Origin: Azolla caroliniana
Taxonomy: Eukaryota; Plantae; Polypodiophyta
Length of the DNA: 64,000 nucleotides
Assembly (NCBI GenBank): GCA_043228905.1
Contig: JBHGNT010000008.1
Span: 6,510,001-6,574,000, forward strand
Direction: 5' to 3'
In this document: positions 38,801-52,365 of the stretch, piece by piece
Layout: every line of letters begins with the position of its first letter
Position numbering within the stretch: position 1 is the first letter of the stretch
The notes under the pieces: generated by a model
What the model was told of the DNA's origin: nothing
What the model saw: only the letters and a program-made list of their open reading frames with translations
Database searches by the model: none
Position numbers and translations under genes: made by a program

Positions 38801-39963
38801 AGTTCTTTCTTAGTCTCTTCACTATAACTCGTTTTCTCTTTAAGACACTCTTTACAATGTTAGGGTTGGGCTTATATATTGAAGTCCTAACTTAAGAACG
38901 TGTTCACACTTAGGATACAAAGTGGAAGGAATCATACTTTTATCCCAACAAAAAGGAGTGCATGCAAGGTGAAAAAGCAAGGTTCATGCTAAACAGACAA
39001 TATGGATGATGACTCCAAAGGCCTATGAAAGGATGGGGGGAGCTCATTGTTGGGGGACGGCAATTTTGGATCAAATTGGAAGCGTTGGCTAAATCTCGAA
39101 CAAGCTTGGAGTAATGAATCAAGACGGCCTTAGACACCACTGATGATAAGATGCAACAAAACTTTCATTTTGGTCCACTAAACAAAAACATGAGGTCCAT
39201 ATCCCGTTGAAGCTCTACCCGCCAATCCTACATCTTTATCTTCTTATATTCTTACATTTCAATTCACCCCATTTAACGGAATCAAGAATTATCTTGCTTA
39301 TATTTAGAACGACCTCTCAATCTTCGATGTAATTAGCTTTTGATTTTCATATAAACTAATTTCAGAAATCCACTATCTACTGTTATTCTCAATCAAACAA
39401 GGATCGCGTCAAAATATTCAACCCAAAATTTCGAGCTTGGAATGCAAACTTACCTATATCTAGAGCAAGATTCACTAAATGTCAAGATCTCAAATTACCA
39501 CATTAAGAAACTCGCACCATCTACAGGAAGAATTTGTCATGTTTGTGTTAGACTTTTCAAAATGTGATTTTGACCATTGGGTGAAAATTTACGAGTGCGT
39601 ATAGAATTTTTGGATGGTGAGAGTCATACAACTACGTCGACCGAGCTTGATGTCTTCTCCACCGGAAGATGGCCAAAGAGGAGGATTAAGAACATAATTT
39701 TCATTAATTTATTTCTTAATCCTATTGACCTTCACTAACAAGAAGCTACACTGACTCCTATTGACCTTCATGTCACCTGTCAACCTTCGACAACTTCTCT
39801 CTCTTGCTCTCTCTCTTCTCTCTCTATCTTTTTCCCTCCCTCTTTATGTTTGTCCTACACTTTCTTTTTTGTTTCTTTTTAAACAAAAAACCCATGAGTT
39901 TGAAGAGGATCGACTGACCACAACCGGTTCATACATGTGCGTACGCGGGTGCGAAGATAGAAA

Positions 39964-40233
39964 TGACAGGAAATAACAGAAGACAGAAAACCAAATTATA
40001 GAGACACAAGTATTTTGACGTGGAAACCTTGATAGGGAAAAACCATGGGAGTCAACAAAATCCGAACAAAATACTGTATGAGAGGTGTGTACAACAACAA
40101 GTTGCAAGGCAACGAGCTTGAGTTCTTTTTCGTCAGACCAACGGATACAGAGAGGAGTTCCACTCGCTCTCTCTCTCTCTCTACTATAATAAATGATCGC
40201 GCTATGGATTGACGGCATGCAGCTCATGTGACA
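39964..40233 (-). repeat. Candidate copia solo LTR or LTR fragment
   Basis: Contains CGTGGAAACC..GGGAAAAACCATGG motif shared with the I, F and 1517 LTRs; TG..CA ends; TSD unclear. Confidence 0.45.
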
Positions 40234-40239
40234 GAAAAT

Positions 40240-41368
40240 ACACTTAGAATGACCTTATGGAATTGTAACGATGCACTCTGGACACACCCTAGCAGCCTAG
40301 AGGAGATGTTAAAGGTATCAAATATACTTTTCTTCGTAGAAACACACCAAAACCCAAGTAGAGGACTCCCACGAGTCAAAGGATTTCATTGGAAGTCCGT
40401 ATTTAGACAAACCTAACGTTGACGCACTACTAGAGGATTTGGAAGTGTTGCAATATTGTTAGGGAGTGTTGTCCGCCGGAATAGTAACCGACGGACAAGA
40501 GCGTAGGAATAAGAAATAATATAAGATCATAACGCATGTAACGGTTCACGCGGGAAGCGTGAACGGCTAAATAGTCCCTGCATATATAAAGGGCAAAAAA
40601 CCTCTTATAGAGGGAGCGTGTAATTTTGAATTGAAAAGAAGCGTATCGTAATAGAATTTCTATCTTCTCTGAAAGTCTGTGTATAGCTACGGCTAATCTA
40701 CTGTGTGTCTGGAATACTAGAGCATGTAAAAAACGTAAGTGTAACCATTGCTAAGGAGTCGGTTGTAGCCGTCTCCCTTATACGCTGATAGGTTACGAGG
40801 AACATTCCCCTACGCATTACGCATAGACGCCCCATTCGTTGTTCCACAACCACTTGGAGGTCTAGGTCGAAGGACTGACTGCAGACCGTGTTCCTAATCG
40901 GTAACAGGGAGAGAGCTACATAATAGGATAGAAATACTAAGAACAGACCCAAAAGCTCGTTTTATGTGGGTGAAAGTCTTCGCTAGCAAGGACCAGACAA
41001 TATGAGGATTGTAGGCACTTACATAGAAAACTTAAAGTATCACAAGTCAGTGGTACTATCACCTCAGTACAAGCTCGCAAAGAAATGCACAAGATGACAC
41101 GTTGTAAGAGTGGGAAGCATCTAAATATCGGGAACTTTACCATATGCTCATGAGTAGCGATTGCACCACTACGTGGAAGAGACTACGGGAACCAAGACCA
41201 CAAACACCCATAGAGGATCCCAACACTTGGCATACATATACAGAGAGACTATACCAAGTCCCAAACCAGCCACCCATTCCAATGTTGTCTACACCCTGTC
41301 CTACCATGGACCACAGAGGATTGCGAGCTGAACACATCATATATGTGCGAGAGTGCCTAGCTCCCTTT
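40240..41368 (+). pseudogene. LINE ORF2 remnant (APE endonuclease start, then pre-RT region)
   Basis: LWNCN..ILFFVETH..GSVAILLG, resuming after solo LTR as RELHNRIEILRTDPKARFMWVKV; later GLRAEH. Confidence 0.75.
40467..40906 (+). mobile_element. Solo LTR (440 bp) inserted in LINE endonuclease
   Basis: TGTTGTCCG..CGGTAACA; TSD GGGAG 40462-40466 and 40907-40911; removal restores the LINE frame; TATATAAA near 40582. Confidence 0.88.
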
Positions 41369-44300
41369 TGTTGAAGGGTGGGGGTGGAGCCAAGAAGAGC
41401 TCAACCCCCCCTCCCAAGGGGGTTGAGCGTGAGGAAGAAAGATAGAGAAAGAGAGAGAGACACAATCATTGAGAGGCAAAAACTACTACTATCATTCATG
41501 TCCCCTATGGTGGGGTCCTATAGGTACATTACATTACATGAGGATCACAATCCAAGAACATACAATGAGGTTTGTGGGTTAGATACACAACCTAGAACCA
41601 CTTTACATCATTGCACACATTCACATAAATGTGCATGTGTTTATACATATTAATATGTAAGTCACACTTAATCTTGTGCACACTTGCACACACTTAGAAC
41701 ATGACTTTCGACACAAGACTTTACACTTATCTATCCACATACCATCACTTATACACTCATACACTTACAATCCCACGAATAACACATATGGCACGCCCGT
41801 GGGACAGTGCTTTGCAGGGGTGAACCCACATGCCTTCAATAAACATGAACATCGGTCCTTGGACCGGAACTCCCTTGGTCTTCTCCAAGCACATCGGTCG
41901 AAACTCCATCGACCAAAACACGTGTAACACGAACTTATATTCCAACGACACGAACCTCTCGTTCGGTCGGGACATCCACTAACCTAGTAACTTGGGTACT
42001 TTCTCTTAGGTCTTCAAATGGTGTTTTGTGTGTATGTGTATGTGTTCTTCTTTTATTTTGTGTTGTGTGCGTTTTGGAAATTTTGTTTTTGAAATTTTAT
42101 TATCTTGGCATTGGTTTTATGCCCTCAAGTTTTTGAATTTACTCGTATACCCCTCTTTTTCACTTTTCTTCTTCTGTTATTATCCTTTTTCACTCGTGTC
42201 TCCTTCTTTGCTCTTTCTATGCCTCTATTTCTTTCTTTCGATGCTTCGTCTTCCTCTCCAGTCTCGTTCTCGTTCTCGTTCCTCTTCTTCATCGTCTTCC
42301 TCTTCGTTCTCTTCTTATTTGATCCTTTCGTCTTCTTCTACTCCATCCGATCGCTTTGTGTTCTGTTCTGTTCTGCTCGCGCGCTTCTTTCCATTTCTTC
42401 TTTCTTCTTCTCTTTCTCTTCTGATTTCTTCTTCTTCTTCTTCTTCTTCTTCTTCCTCTTCCTTGCTTCTACATTGGATTCTCATTGGATTCTCTCATGT
42501 AGCTTGCATGAGACAACATATAAAGCTTTTCTGACAAGTGCAGGGACCGAGTTCCATCATTTGGGAAGACACAAGGCGGGGGAAGGCTTGATTTGGAAAG
42601 AAGGGCTTATTTGGGCTGCAATATCCTTCCTCATTTCCTCGATGATCCGTCCAGCTTTCCTAATTAGGCAACTCACTTGCCCATCTTATACGAGAAGCCA
42701 TGCACTTACTTCGGCTCTATCTCGGACTCTTTTTGTCACCATTCTCATCATGATCATTGTCATCCATTCTCCTTGTTCTCGGCATATAACATACGTAACC
42801 GGGCGTCCCAAAATATTGGATTATCACCAAACAGGAGTCGGAAGAGGTTTCGGTAAATTTTACAAATCCAGTCAATGGACCGACAATAATGGATGAGCAG
42901 AGTCTCATAATCAAGGTCATCATTCACGGTCAAGAGGTGTCGGGCTCCATCGTCGATGGAGGTTCCGGTGTGAATGTCATTAACAAAACTACTTCCAATC
43001 GGCTAGGTATCACTACATGGGACGCATGTCCATTCTGGTTGCGAATGATCGACACTAGCACGGTCCGACCATTAGGGTTGATTGGACAACTGGATATTAT
43101 CATTAGCGATCACGCATTTCGAATATCGGTGGTTCTTCTTCATCTTGATGCACCAGGTGCAAATCCTCTGTTATTGGGCCGACCCTAGCTTAAAATTGCA
43201 AATATTAAGCAAAATTGGAGGAGAAATATTCTTAATTTCGGAAAGGCAAGAGCAAGATTCGAGTGACGACTCAGGGAACGGTTACGACATCTCGATAGTG
43301 TGTACCCTTACATGCAAAGGCGGTTAATATGATGGAAGGATTAGATGATGTAGAAGAGGATCAATACTTCAACGATAATCCAAATATCATGACATTATTC
43401 AAAATCGACATTATCAAGGCATTCACACCAAATTTCGGAGAAAATGAAAAGGAGGACTGAACTTCTACACCAATACAGAGATGTGTTTGCGTGGTCGTTC
43501 GAAGATATGAGGGGGCTCGACCCGGCATTTAGTCAACAACAAATTAATCTGCACAGAGATGCAAAGCCTGTTCTGCAACGTTGGTACGGTTTAAATCTGA
43601 ACTACGCAGTGAAAGAAAAAGAAGAAATCAACAAATTACTACAAGTCGGCTTCATTCGACCAGTCAAAACGGCTATTTGGCCGAGTCCAATAGTAGTGGT
43701 GCCCAAAAAGTATGGAAATATCAGGGTATGTGTCGACTACCGAAAGTTGAATGTTGCAACAGTAACAAATGCATTTCCATTACCTTTTACTGATGGTGTC
43801 CTTGATGCGGTGGTAGGCCATGAAATTTATAGTTTTCATGATGGGTTCAGTGGTTATAACGAGATTCAAATGCATGCTGACGACCAGGCGAAAACAACTT
43901 TTGTCACTGAATGGGATGTCTTCTTAGGAGTCTTCATGATGTTCGGACTAAAAATAGCTCCGACAACATTTCAGAGGATCATCATGGAGATTTTCGCTGA
44001 TTATATATCGGCATTTATGCAAGTATTTTTAGATGATTTCGCAATATACAGTCAACGAGCCGACCATTTCGAACACCTCTGGCTCTGCCTGGATAGATGT
44101 CGACAAGGTTGACCAAGTTTAAATCCGGCGAAATGTGCATTCGACGTAACAAGTGGAACGCTACTTGGTCATATTGTTAGTCGGGACAGAATTGTTGTCA
44201 ACCTCGACAAAGTTAAGGCCATAATGGAGGCACCACCACGGACAAATGCTAAGGCCCTGAGTAGATTCTTGGGCCATATTAGATGGCACAGTCGAATGAT

Positions 44301-45700
44301 TCGGTATTTAGCCGATGTCACAACACCCCTACATGTGGCTGTACACAAAACACTTTTTTAGCGGTTAACAACCGAACAAGACGCGTACAACTATCTAAAG
44401 AAAATGCTCACAAAGGTACCCGTCGTACAACCACCTGATTGGGCTAAAGATTTTCATGCTTTTGTAGACGCATGGGATATTGCAATCAACAGTGCACTAA
44501 TGCAGTTGTCCGAGCCAAACTGGTACAAGCCAATTTATTATGTGAGTCGGATATTATCGACTGCCGAACAGAATTATTCGACAACCAAACTGGAGGCTCT
44601 CAGCATGGTCTACAACATAAACAAGTTCCGACATTACCTGTTGGGTCGAAAATTTACTTTCCATGTCGACCATTCTGCCTTACTATATATACTTCGTCTC
44701 AAAATTGTCAATAATTGGCAAACTTGCAAGGTGGACACTCTTGTTACAAGAATTTGAAATTGATATTATCCATTGTCTAGGGGTACAACATGCAGTAGCT
44801 GACTATATAAGTCGACTAGAGTCAAGGGAGCTAGGTACAGGTGTTAAGGATGATTTTGTAGATGCTAAACTATTCTGAGTCGAAGCAGTAACTTCTACTA
44901 AAGTTGATGAAGAAGTAGCCAACTTATGGATTACAAACATGTCAATATTCCTCAGCACCGGATTGCCATCAGAAGGAATGCCAATAGATGAACGAAAACG
45001 GTTAACAGCTCGGAGTTGGAATTTTTGCCTACGGAAGGACACATTATACCATAAAGGAGCCGATGGCATATGGCGTCGCACGGTTCGATAGTTCGAAAAA
45101 GAGACAGTTTTGTGTGAGGCTCATTGCGGATAGCTGGAGGTCATTATGTCAATGAGACGACAGCTCGGAAGATCTGGAATAACGGTTTATGGTGGCCAAC
45201 CACTATGAAAGATGTAGTTTACTATTGTCAACAATGCGATTTATGTCAACGAACAAGCCAACCAAGAGAATTGGATCACATGCCTTATCAACCGGTACTG
45301 CCATTAGAACCCTTCCAGAAATGGGGGCTCGACTTTGTCAGACCATTCAAACTAGCATCGGCAAAGACCGGTAACCAATATATTCTAGTCGCCACCGACT
45401 ACTGCACAAAATGGGTCGAAGCCAAAGCCCTTCGGGATAATACAGTAGTTTCAACAACAAAATTCCTGTATGAGTGTATATGGTGCAGATTCAACTGCCT
45501 GATTGAGTTAGTAAGTGATCAAGGTACTCACTTTGTTAATAGAATTATTCATGAATTGTCGAATTATTATGCAATTGTGCAAAAGAGGAGTACACCATAC
45601 TATCCACAAGATAACGAGTTAACAGAATCAACAAAAAAAGCACTACAAATAATTTTGAGGAAGATTGTCAACGAAAATCACATAGGGCTGGAAGCATGCT
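41369..45700 (+). mobile_element. Truncated gypsy M (non-chromovirus type)
   Basis: 5' LTR 41369-41784; PBS TGGCACGCCCGTGGGAC 41789-41805; no recognisable gag or 3' LTR. Confidence 0.85.
42889..45700 (+). pseudogene. pol: Gypsy M pol (PR, RT, RH, IN)
   Basis: [49 protein letters not shown]. Confidence 0.9.
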
Positions 45701-45980
45701 ACGGTGTATCAACTTTTGGCCAAAATTTTAGTACTAAATCGAGGAAGAAAATAAACATAAAAAACTGAAAATAAAACAATTACTACAGAAAATAGTTGAT
45801 CATCATCCATTGAATGAGGTTCAAATTGAAATAATAAATTCAATACAAATGTACAAGGATATTATAGGTCACAATCGAAGTGTCCCAAGGTCGTATTTAA
45901 TATATTAACTATAACTTCATTCTCCTAGGTAGAGTTGTACGAAAGCAAACCTGGAGAAGATCTCGAATGTGTCAGTTGGT

Positions 45981-45983
<3 letters not shown>

Positions 45984-46033
<50 letters not shown>
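45984..46033. repeat. (CT)n microsatellite
   Basis: Direct reading. Confidence 0.95.
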
Positions 46034-46037
<4 letters not shown>

Positions 46038-46134
46038 ATCTCAAAGTTGTCAATCAAACAGTGACTGAAAGTTTCTATCAATTGCAGATATTAACTATCT
46101 CTCTCTTTCTCTCTCTCACTCCACCTTTGATTCT

Positions 46135-46370
46135 CTGTTTCCCTGTGTTGTTCTTGTTGTGTTCCTTGTGTGCTCGTTGTTCTTGTTGTTTCCCTACGAT
46201 CTTTGAACTCTATATACGCAGAGATTGTTGTTTCCCCTCTGTGCTCGTTGTTCTTGTTGTTTCCCTATGTTCTCTGAACTTTGTATACGTAGAGATTGTG
46301 GTTTCCCCTCTATGCTCGTTGTTCTTGTTGTTTCCATATGTTCTCTAAACTCTGTGTATGCTCGGTTGTC
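46135..46370. repeat. 71-bp tandem repeat (~3 copies)
   Basis: TGCTCGTTGTTCTTGTTGT at 46171, 46242, 46313. Confidence 0.88.
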
Positions 46371-46729
46371 TCCTCCGCACGACCTCGTGCATATAGGTGA
46401 TTTCCTCGGCTTGGTGTGCTCCCAAGGTGAAGACATCAACACGGTGTGGTACCTTTGCCTCGACCTTGGCTCGCATCGTTCCATCTGCAACTTGTACGAC
46501 CTCCAAGTATTCTCTGTGTTGCATGTCCAACTTCTATGTTTTCGTATTCTCTATGTTTCATGTTCGACTGTTTTGATTTTGTGTGTGTTTGACATGGATA
46601 AGTTTTTGTCCTCTTTCCAAGAAGAGGCTTGTACATGCAACTTAGATTGAATTGGCTATGATGATTTGTTGGTTGTTGATGGTATTTTACTGAGTTTTCT
46701 TCTTGTACACGCATATTCTTTCAACAACA

Positions 46730-49065
46730 ATAGTGAAGACTAGGACAATGACGAGAAGGACGTGCCCATAAAGAAGACATTGGTGAAAGAGAAAGTGAAG
46801 ACATTAGTGAAGGAAAGAAAAAGGACGCCTATCAAAGAAAGCAAGAAGATACCCACAAGAGAAAGGGTGATGAACTCATCAACTCAGAGGAAGAAGATGT
46901 GCCACTCCATCATTCGAGGCACACCTCTCGGATGACGTTATTTCCTTCAAGAAAGACCTGAAGTTTATGAAGAGCTAAGAGAGTGGTTGATAAAAACCTG
47001 GGGTCACCACTCCCGATACAAGGCGAGGATTCCACATAAATGGGTTGAAGAAGGTGTTGGGATATCGGTCCCTCTAGATGGGATCCAGTTATGAATGAAG
47101 TGGACCCGGTGAGAACCAAAAACTAGATCAAATGGACGGGAAATGGACCCGTTGAGAACCAGAAGAGATTTGGAAACCGGTTCAAATGGACCAGGTGAGA
47201 ACCGGAAGAGAAGACATATTTGTAAATATGTTCTAAGTAAGCCTATTGAGGCTATATTTGTAAATAGCTCTAAGTTCATATAAGTATAAATATGGCTTAG
47301 GGCAATCACTCAGTGTGTGGTTGTCATATTGTTGTTGATATAACTGTTGTATATATAGAGAGAGAGGAGATATAGAGTTATACTCTGTTGTAACCACCGA
47401 TTGGCGAAGATACAAAGCTCGAGGTTGTTGCCTCCAAGTCTCTGATTGTATCTTTCCTATATATAGTGATAGCTTGGAGTCTGTGGGCTCCCGTGGTTTT
47501 TCCCATTAGGGTTTTCCACATAAACATTCTGTGTACTCTCTACTTCCCATTTGTGTGTTTCATTCTCATTGAAGTGATTCAAGACTCGGTTGTGGCCGAG
47601 CAATATTCCACGCTATTCTTTACAATTTGGTATCAGAGCGAACAACACAAGAAATGGAAGAATCGTTCGGCGGCATGTTCAAGCTCACCGGCTCCAACTA
47701 CTCAGCGTGAAAGTCGAAGATGAGGGATATGTTGGTGGTTAAAGATCTTTGGTTGCCGGTACAGTTCGGGGACAAGAGACCGGATAAGATCGACGCCATA
47801 GTGTGGGAGGTGATGCACATGAAGACAACGGCATACATCCGGTGCTTCATCGACATGAGCCTGTACAACAACTTCAATGAAGAGAGCAAGGCTCATGAAC
47901 TCTAGGAGAAGATCGGCATCGTGTTCCAGAACAAGAATGTCGTTAATCGGGTTTTGGTATTCCGGAAGCTAGTGAGGCTCCAGTACCAGGATGGCTCTAG
48001 TATGGCAGAGCACATGAATGCCTTCCAGGGGCTAATACACCAAGAAACCTCGTTGGAAGTACCTCTCGCCGATGAGGTACTTGCATTACTCCCGTTCAGT
48101 TCCCTCTCAAATAGTTGGGAGACACTAGTTGTCACGTTGGGCAACGCCGGGCCGGATGGAAAACAGTTGTCCCTAGCAAGAGTCAAGTCAAGCCTGCTAG
48201 ATGAAGAAGCTCACCGGAAGGACCGGGAGTCCGGAACCGATCTGAAGGCCTTAGTCACGGAAGATGACCACAACCAGGGAAGAGGCCGGTATTAGAAACC
48301 CCAAGACTGGGACAATCGGGGACGAGGTCGAAGTCAAGGGGGAGGCCTACTTGCTTCTAACGTGGGAAGCCAGGGCATTTCCAGAAGAATTGTCCGCATT
48401 TCCAGAAAGAGAAAGAAACCGGCACTACCAATTCAAAGAAGAGTTCGGACCGAAACGGTTTGGACCGGAGAGGCCCACATCGGAAAGGAACGTCGGCAAT
48501 CGCGACAACTGAAGAGGAACTAATGCTCATTACCGAGGAGAATGAGTTAAACCTTGTCGGTGACAAGATAATGTGGATCGTCGATTCCGAAGTGTCGTTC
48601 CACTTGACACCGGATCACAAATGCTTCTCATTCTACACAGCCGGTGATCATGGTTCTGTCTGGATGGGGAATGAAGGTACATGCCGAATTATGGGCATAG
48701 GAGATGTGTTGTTGACGACATCAACCAGATGCAAGTTTGTTGAACGGCAAGCTCAACCGGAGCCGGATCGGCTGAATAAGCCGGAGCCGGTAAGCGAGAC
48801 GGATCGGGCGAAACGGATCGGTATGACCGTGAGCAACCGAACCGGCAAGCAGTGGAGGCCGGGTGCAATCCGTAACCGGAAGTCCAATCGGAAGCCTAGT
48901 ATAGGATAGACTACTAGGTAGCTATAGACTCGTAGTAAGTGTCAGATGCTCGTGTGAGCATTGAAGTACATAGTACTTCTGTCAGTCCCAAGAGGACTTG
49001 TATAAATAGTGCTACTTAGCATAGTGTGTATACAGAGTCTGGAAATAATTTTGAAATTGTGTTCT

Positions 49066-49105
<40 letters not shown>

Positions 49106-52100
49106 GTTCTCTGTTTTACGCTTCCGCAAACACTCACGTTATGCAAAAGGGGTATAAGTGTTATAACCCTCGGACGAAGGAAGCCCGAGTTAGCCGGGAT
49201 GTCGAGTTCGATGAATCGGCATCCTGGTACTCCGTACCGACTCCGACTTCCGATCCCGACCCAATGTCGTAAGATCAGGCCAGTGAGCCTGAATCAGCCC
49301 TGGCAGAGGATGATGAAGCCAGGACTCAAGATGAGAGTCCGGAATCGTTACGGTTGAGTGGACCGAACGAGCGACTGAGTCGGTTGGACCGGTCGGATGA
49401 AGAGACGGCAAGTGGTGGAGACTCTGCCGTGTTCTCCCCGCGCAAGGAACCGAGGAAACGGTTCACGCGCAAAGAGAAGGGGAAGAGGAAGATGCCGGAA
49501 TTCGAAACCGGCAATGACGAGTCGGATCGGTGCGTATCTGACTCCGGAAAGGAGAAAGGCAGATCTTCGGCAATGAAGACCGAACTGGCCAAGAAGGGCC
49601 TCAAATCAGGTGACGGTGCGTTGCGCCGATCAACCTGCCAGAAGGATCCCGTCATGCGGTACGGGTACAATGAATACATGGCGCATCATTATGCGTACAT
49701 GACTAAGGTGACAGAAGAGCGTGAGCCGGAGAGCTACGCAGAAGCGGCAAAGGACGCAAATTGGCGTGCCGCTATGGACGAAGAAATGCGGGCACTTGAT
49801 GCCAACGAAACTTGGGACCTAGTTGATCCTCCCCGTCACTGTAAACCGATCGGATGCAAGTGGGTGTACAAGGTCAAGTACAACGCCGACGGTTCTGTTA
49901 ACCGGTACAAAGCCCGGTTAGTGGCGAAGGGATACGCATAGACCCACGGAATCGACTACGACGAGACCTTCGCTCCTGTGGCGAAGATGACGACGGTTCG
50001 TGTGGTACTAGCGGTTGCTGCGGCAAGGGGGTTGCATCTTCACCAAATGGATGTGAAGAACGCCTTCTTCAAGGAGAGCTTGAAGAAGAAGTCTTTATGA
50101 CTCAGCCCCCCGGATTTCAATCGGAGATGAACAAGTCGGCGGTATGCCGACTGAAGAAGTCGCTTTACGGCTTGAAGCAAGCCCCCCGAGCTTGGAACGC
50201 GAAGATCACACACCGGTTGCGTAAGCTGGGGTTTGCTGTCTCTAAGTCGGACTCTTCGTTGTTCATCCGGTAAGGCTTTGACGGTCCGGTATGTATACTC
50301 TTGTATGTGGATGATTTAGTCATCACCGGACCGGGTCTTCCTGAAATCAACCGTGTCAAGTCCTAGTTGTCGGACGCATTCGAAATGAAGGACCTGGGGG
50401 ACCTTCATTATTTTCTTGGGATCGAAGTGATCCGGACCCCCGACGGCATATTGATCTCCCAACGACATTACGTGTTGAATATGTTGTATAAGTTCGGCAT
50501 GACAGATTGCCGACCTATCTCCACACCCCTGGACCGGAACCAGAAGCTCCGTCCCAACTCCGGACCGGCCTACAATGAGAAACGGTTCCGACAGGTTGTC
50601 GGAAGCCTAATCTACTTAACCATCACCCGACCCGACATCCGCTATCCGGTCGGCATGGTAAGTCAGTTCATGCAGAAGCCGACCGTGGAGCACCTTCAGT
50701 GCGTGCAACGAATATTACGGTATGTTAGCGGCACTAAGGACCGGGGACTGTTATACCGGCGAGGTATACCCGAAGAGCTTGTCGGTTACACAGATGCTAA
50801 CTGGGCCTGCGATGCGTCTGATCGCCGCTCCACTTCCGGATACATGTTCTCCATAGGTAGCGCGGCCGTTGCGTGGAGCAGCAAGAAGCAACCCACAGTG
50901 GCTTTGTCAAGAATTGAGGCTGAGTACCGGGCCGCTACCGTTGCCACTTGTGAAGCCATCTGGCTTCGGCGACTGCTGCGAGACTTGCGGATCGAGGTAC
51001 CGACCCCGATCCCAATTTACTGCGATAACATGAGCAGCCTGCAACTCGCCAGGAACCCTGTGTTCCATGCTCGCACAAAGCACATCGAGGTGCACTACCA
51101 CTTCGTGCGTGAGCAGGTTCTGAGCGGTGAAGTTGACCTACGGTATGTTCATACGGATCGGCAGGTTGCCGACATCTTCACCAAGCCACTCGGATCGGAC
51201 AAGTTGCAGCACTTTACCGACATGCTTGGTATTCAGCATCTCGACGTGCCGCACTTGAGGGGGAGAAGCAAGGGCAAAGTCTCTACCGAAACGGGCAAAG
51301 GCCAAAAAATTGTTGAACCCGTCGGTAAGAGGAGAGCCGGAAGAAGAGGAGACAAGAAGATGAAGGAAGCCGAGTCGACGAAGGAAGTCGACACATCCGA
51401 ACAGGTCGGAGCAAGCGGCTGTGAAGAAGAGTAGTGCACTCAGGAAGAGAAGTGCATGCTGTGTGGAGGTCATCACGACGGTACTGACCATGATGCGGAG
51501 TCGAATGAAGAATTCGATTTCGGTTCACCGGCTGAAGAAGCCGAGAGAAGCATGGAGACGGCCAAGACTCGGAAGTGGTCCGATGTGGTGAGAGGCCTGA
51601 AGCCGGAAGTCGAATCGGAGTGTACCGATTCGGACAAGAGCTGGAACGAGTCGGAGACAGCTGACTCGGATCAACAGATGGATCCGGACGAGTCGGATCG
51701 ACTGAAGGCCAAGGGGACACGGACACAGCGGAAGTCGATGCCATCGTGGGAGAACCGACGAATCGGCAAGCGCCGGAGTCACAGCAACGTGAGTGCTGAG
51801 ATGGGCCTATTGAGCAGACATGCCGACTGAGAGGGTCGAGGCGCGCAGAACCAAAGGGGTCGCGGCAAACATGACCGGACCGTATGAGGAGCGCGAGCAA
51901 GTCGGAGTGACGCCAAGAGAAGTCGGTTGGAAGAACCGACTTCCATAGAGGTCGACACTACGACCCCACCTCAGGTTGAGCTTGAGGGGGAGTGTTGAGC
52001 GGCAAGCTCAACCGGAGCCAGATCGGCTGAATAAGCCGGAGCCGGTAAGCGAGACGGATCAGGCGAAACGGATCGATATGACCGTGAGCAACCGAACCGG

Positions 52101-52320
52101 CAAGCAGTGGAGGCCGAGTGCAATCCGTAACCGGAAGTCCAATCGGAAGCCTAGTATAGGATAGACTACTAGGTAGCTATAGTCTCGTAGTAAGTGTCAG
52201 ATGCTCGTGTGAGCATTGAAGTACATAGTACTTCTGTCAGTCCCAAGAGGACTTGTATAAACAGTGCTACTTAGCACAGTGTGTATACAGAGTCTGGAAA
52301 TAATTTTGAAATTGTGTTCT

Positions 52321-52365
<45 letters not shown>

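Larger units (their letters stand above)
31579..38950 (-). mobile_element. Copia I (J-related), IN and RT deleted; hosts element H in its 3' LTR
   Basis: TSD AAAAG 31574-31578 and 38951-38955; 3' LTR 31579-36373; internally deleted 5' LTR 38664-38950; PBS 38650-38661; gag 37847-38293; PR-RH fusion ORF 37061-37525. Confidence 0.9.

Noticed and set aside
42028-42896. F/S/L-rich + strand ORFs as membrane or env proteins
   Set aside because: Explained by pyrimidine-rich low-complexity DNA
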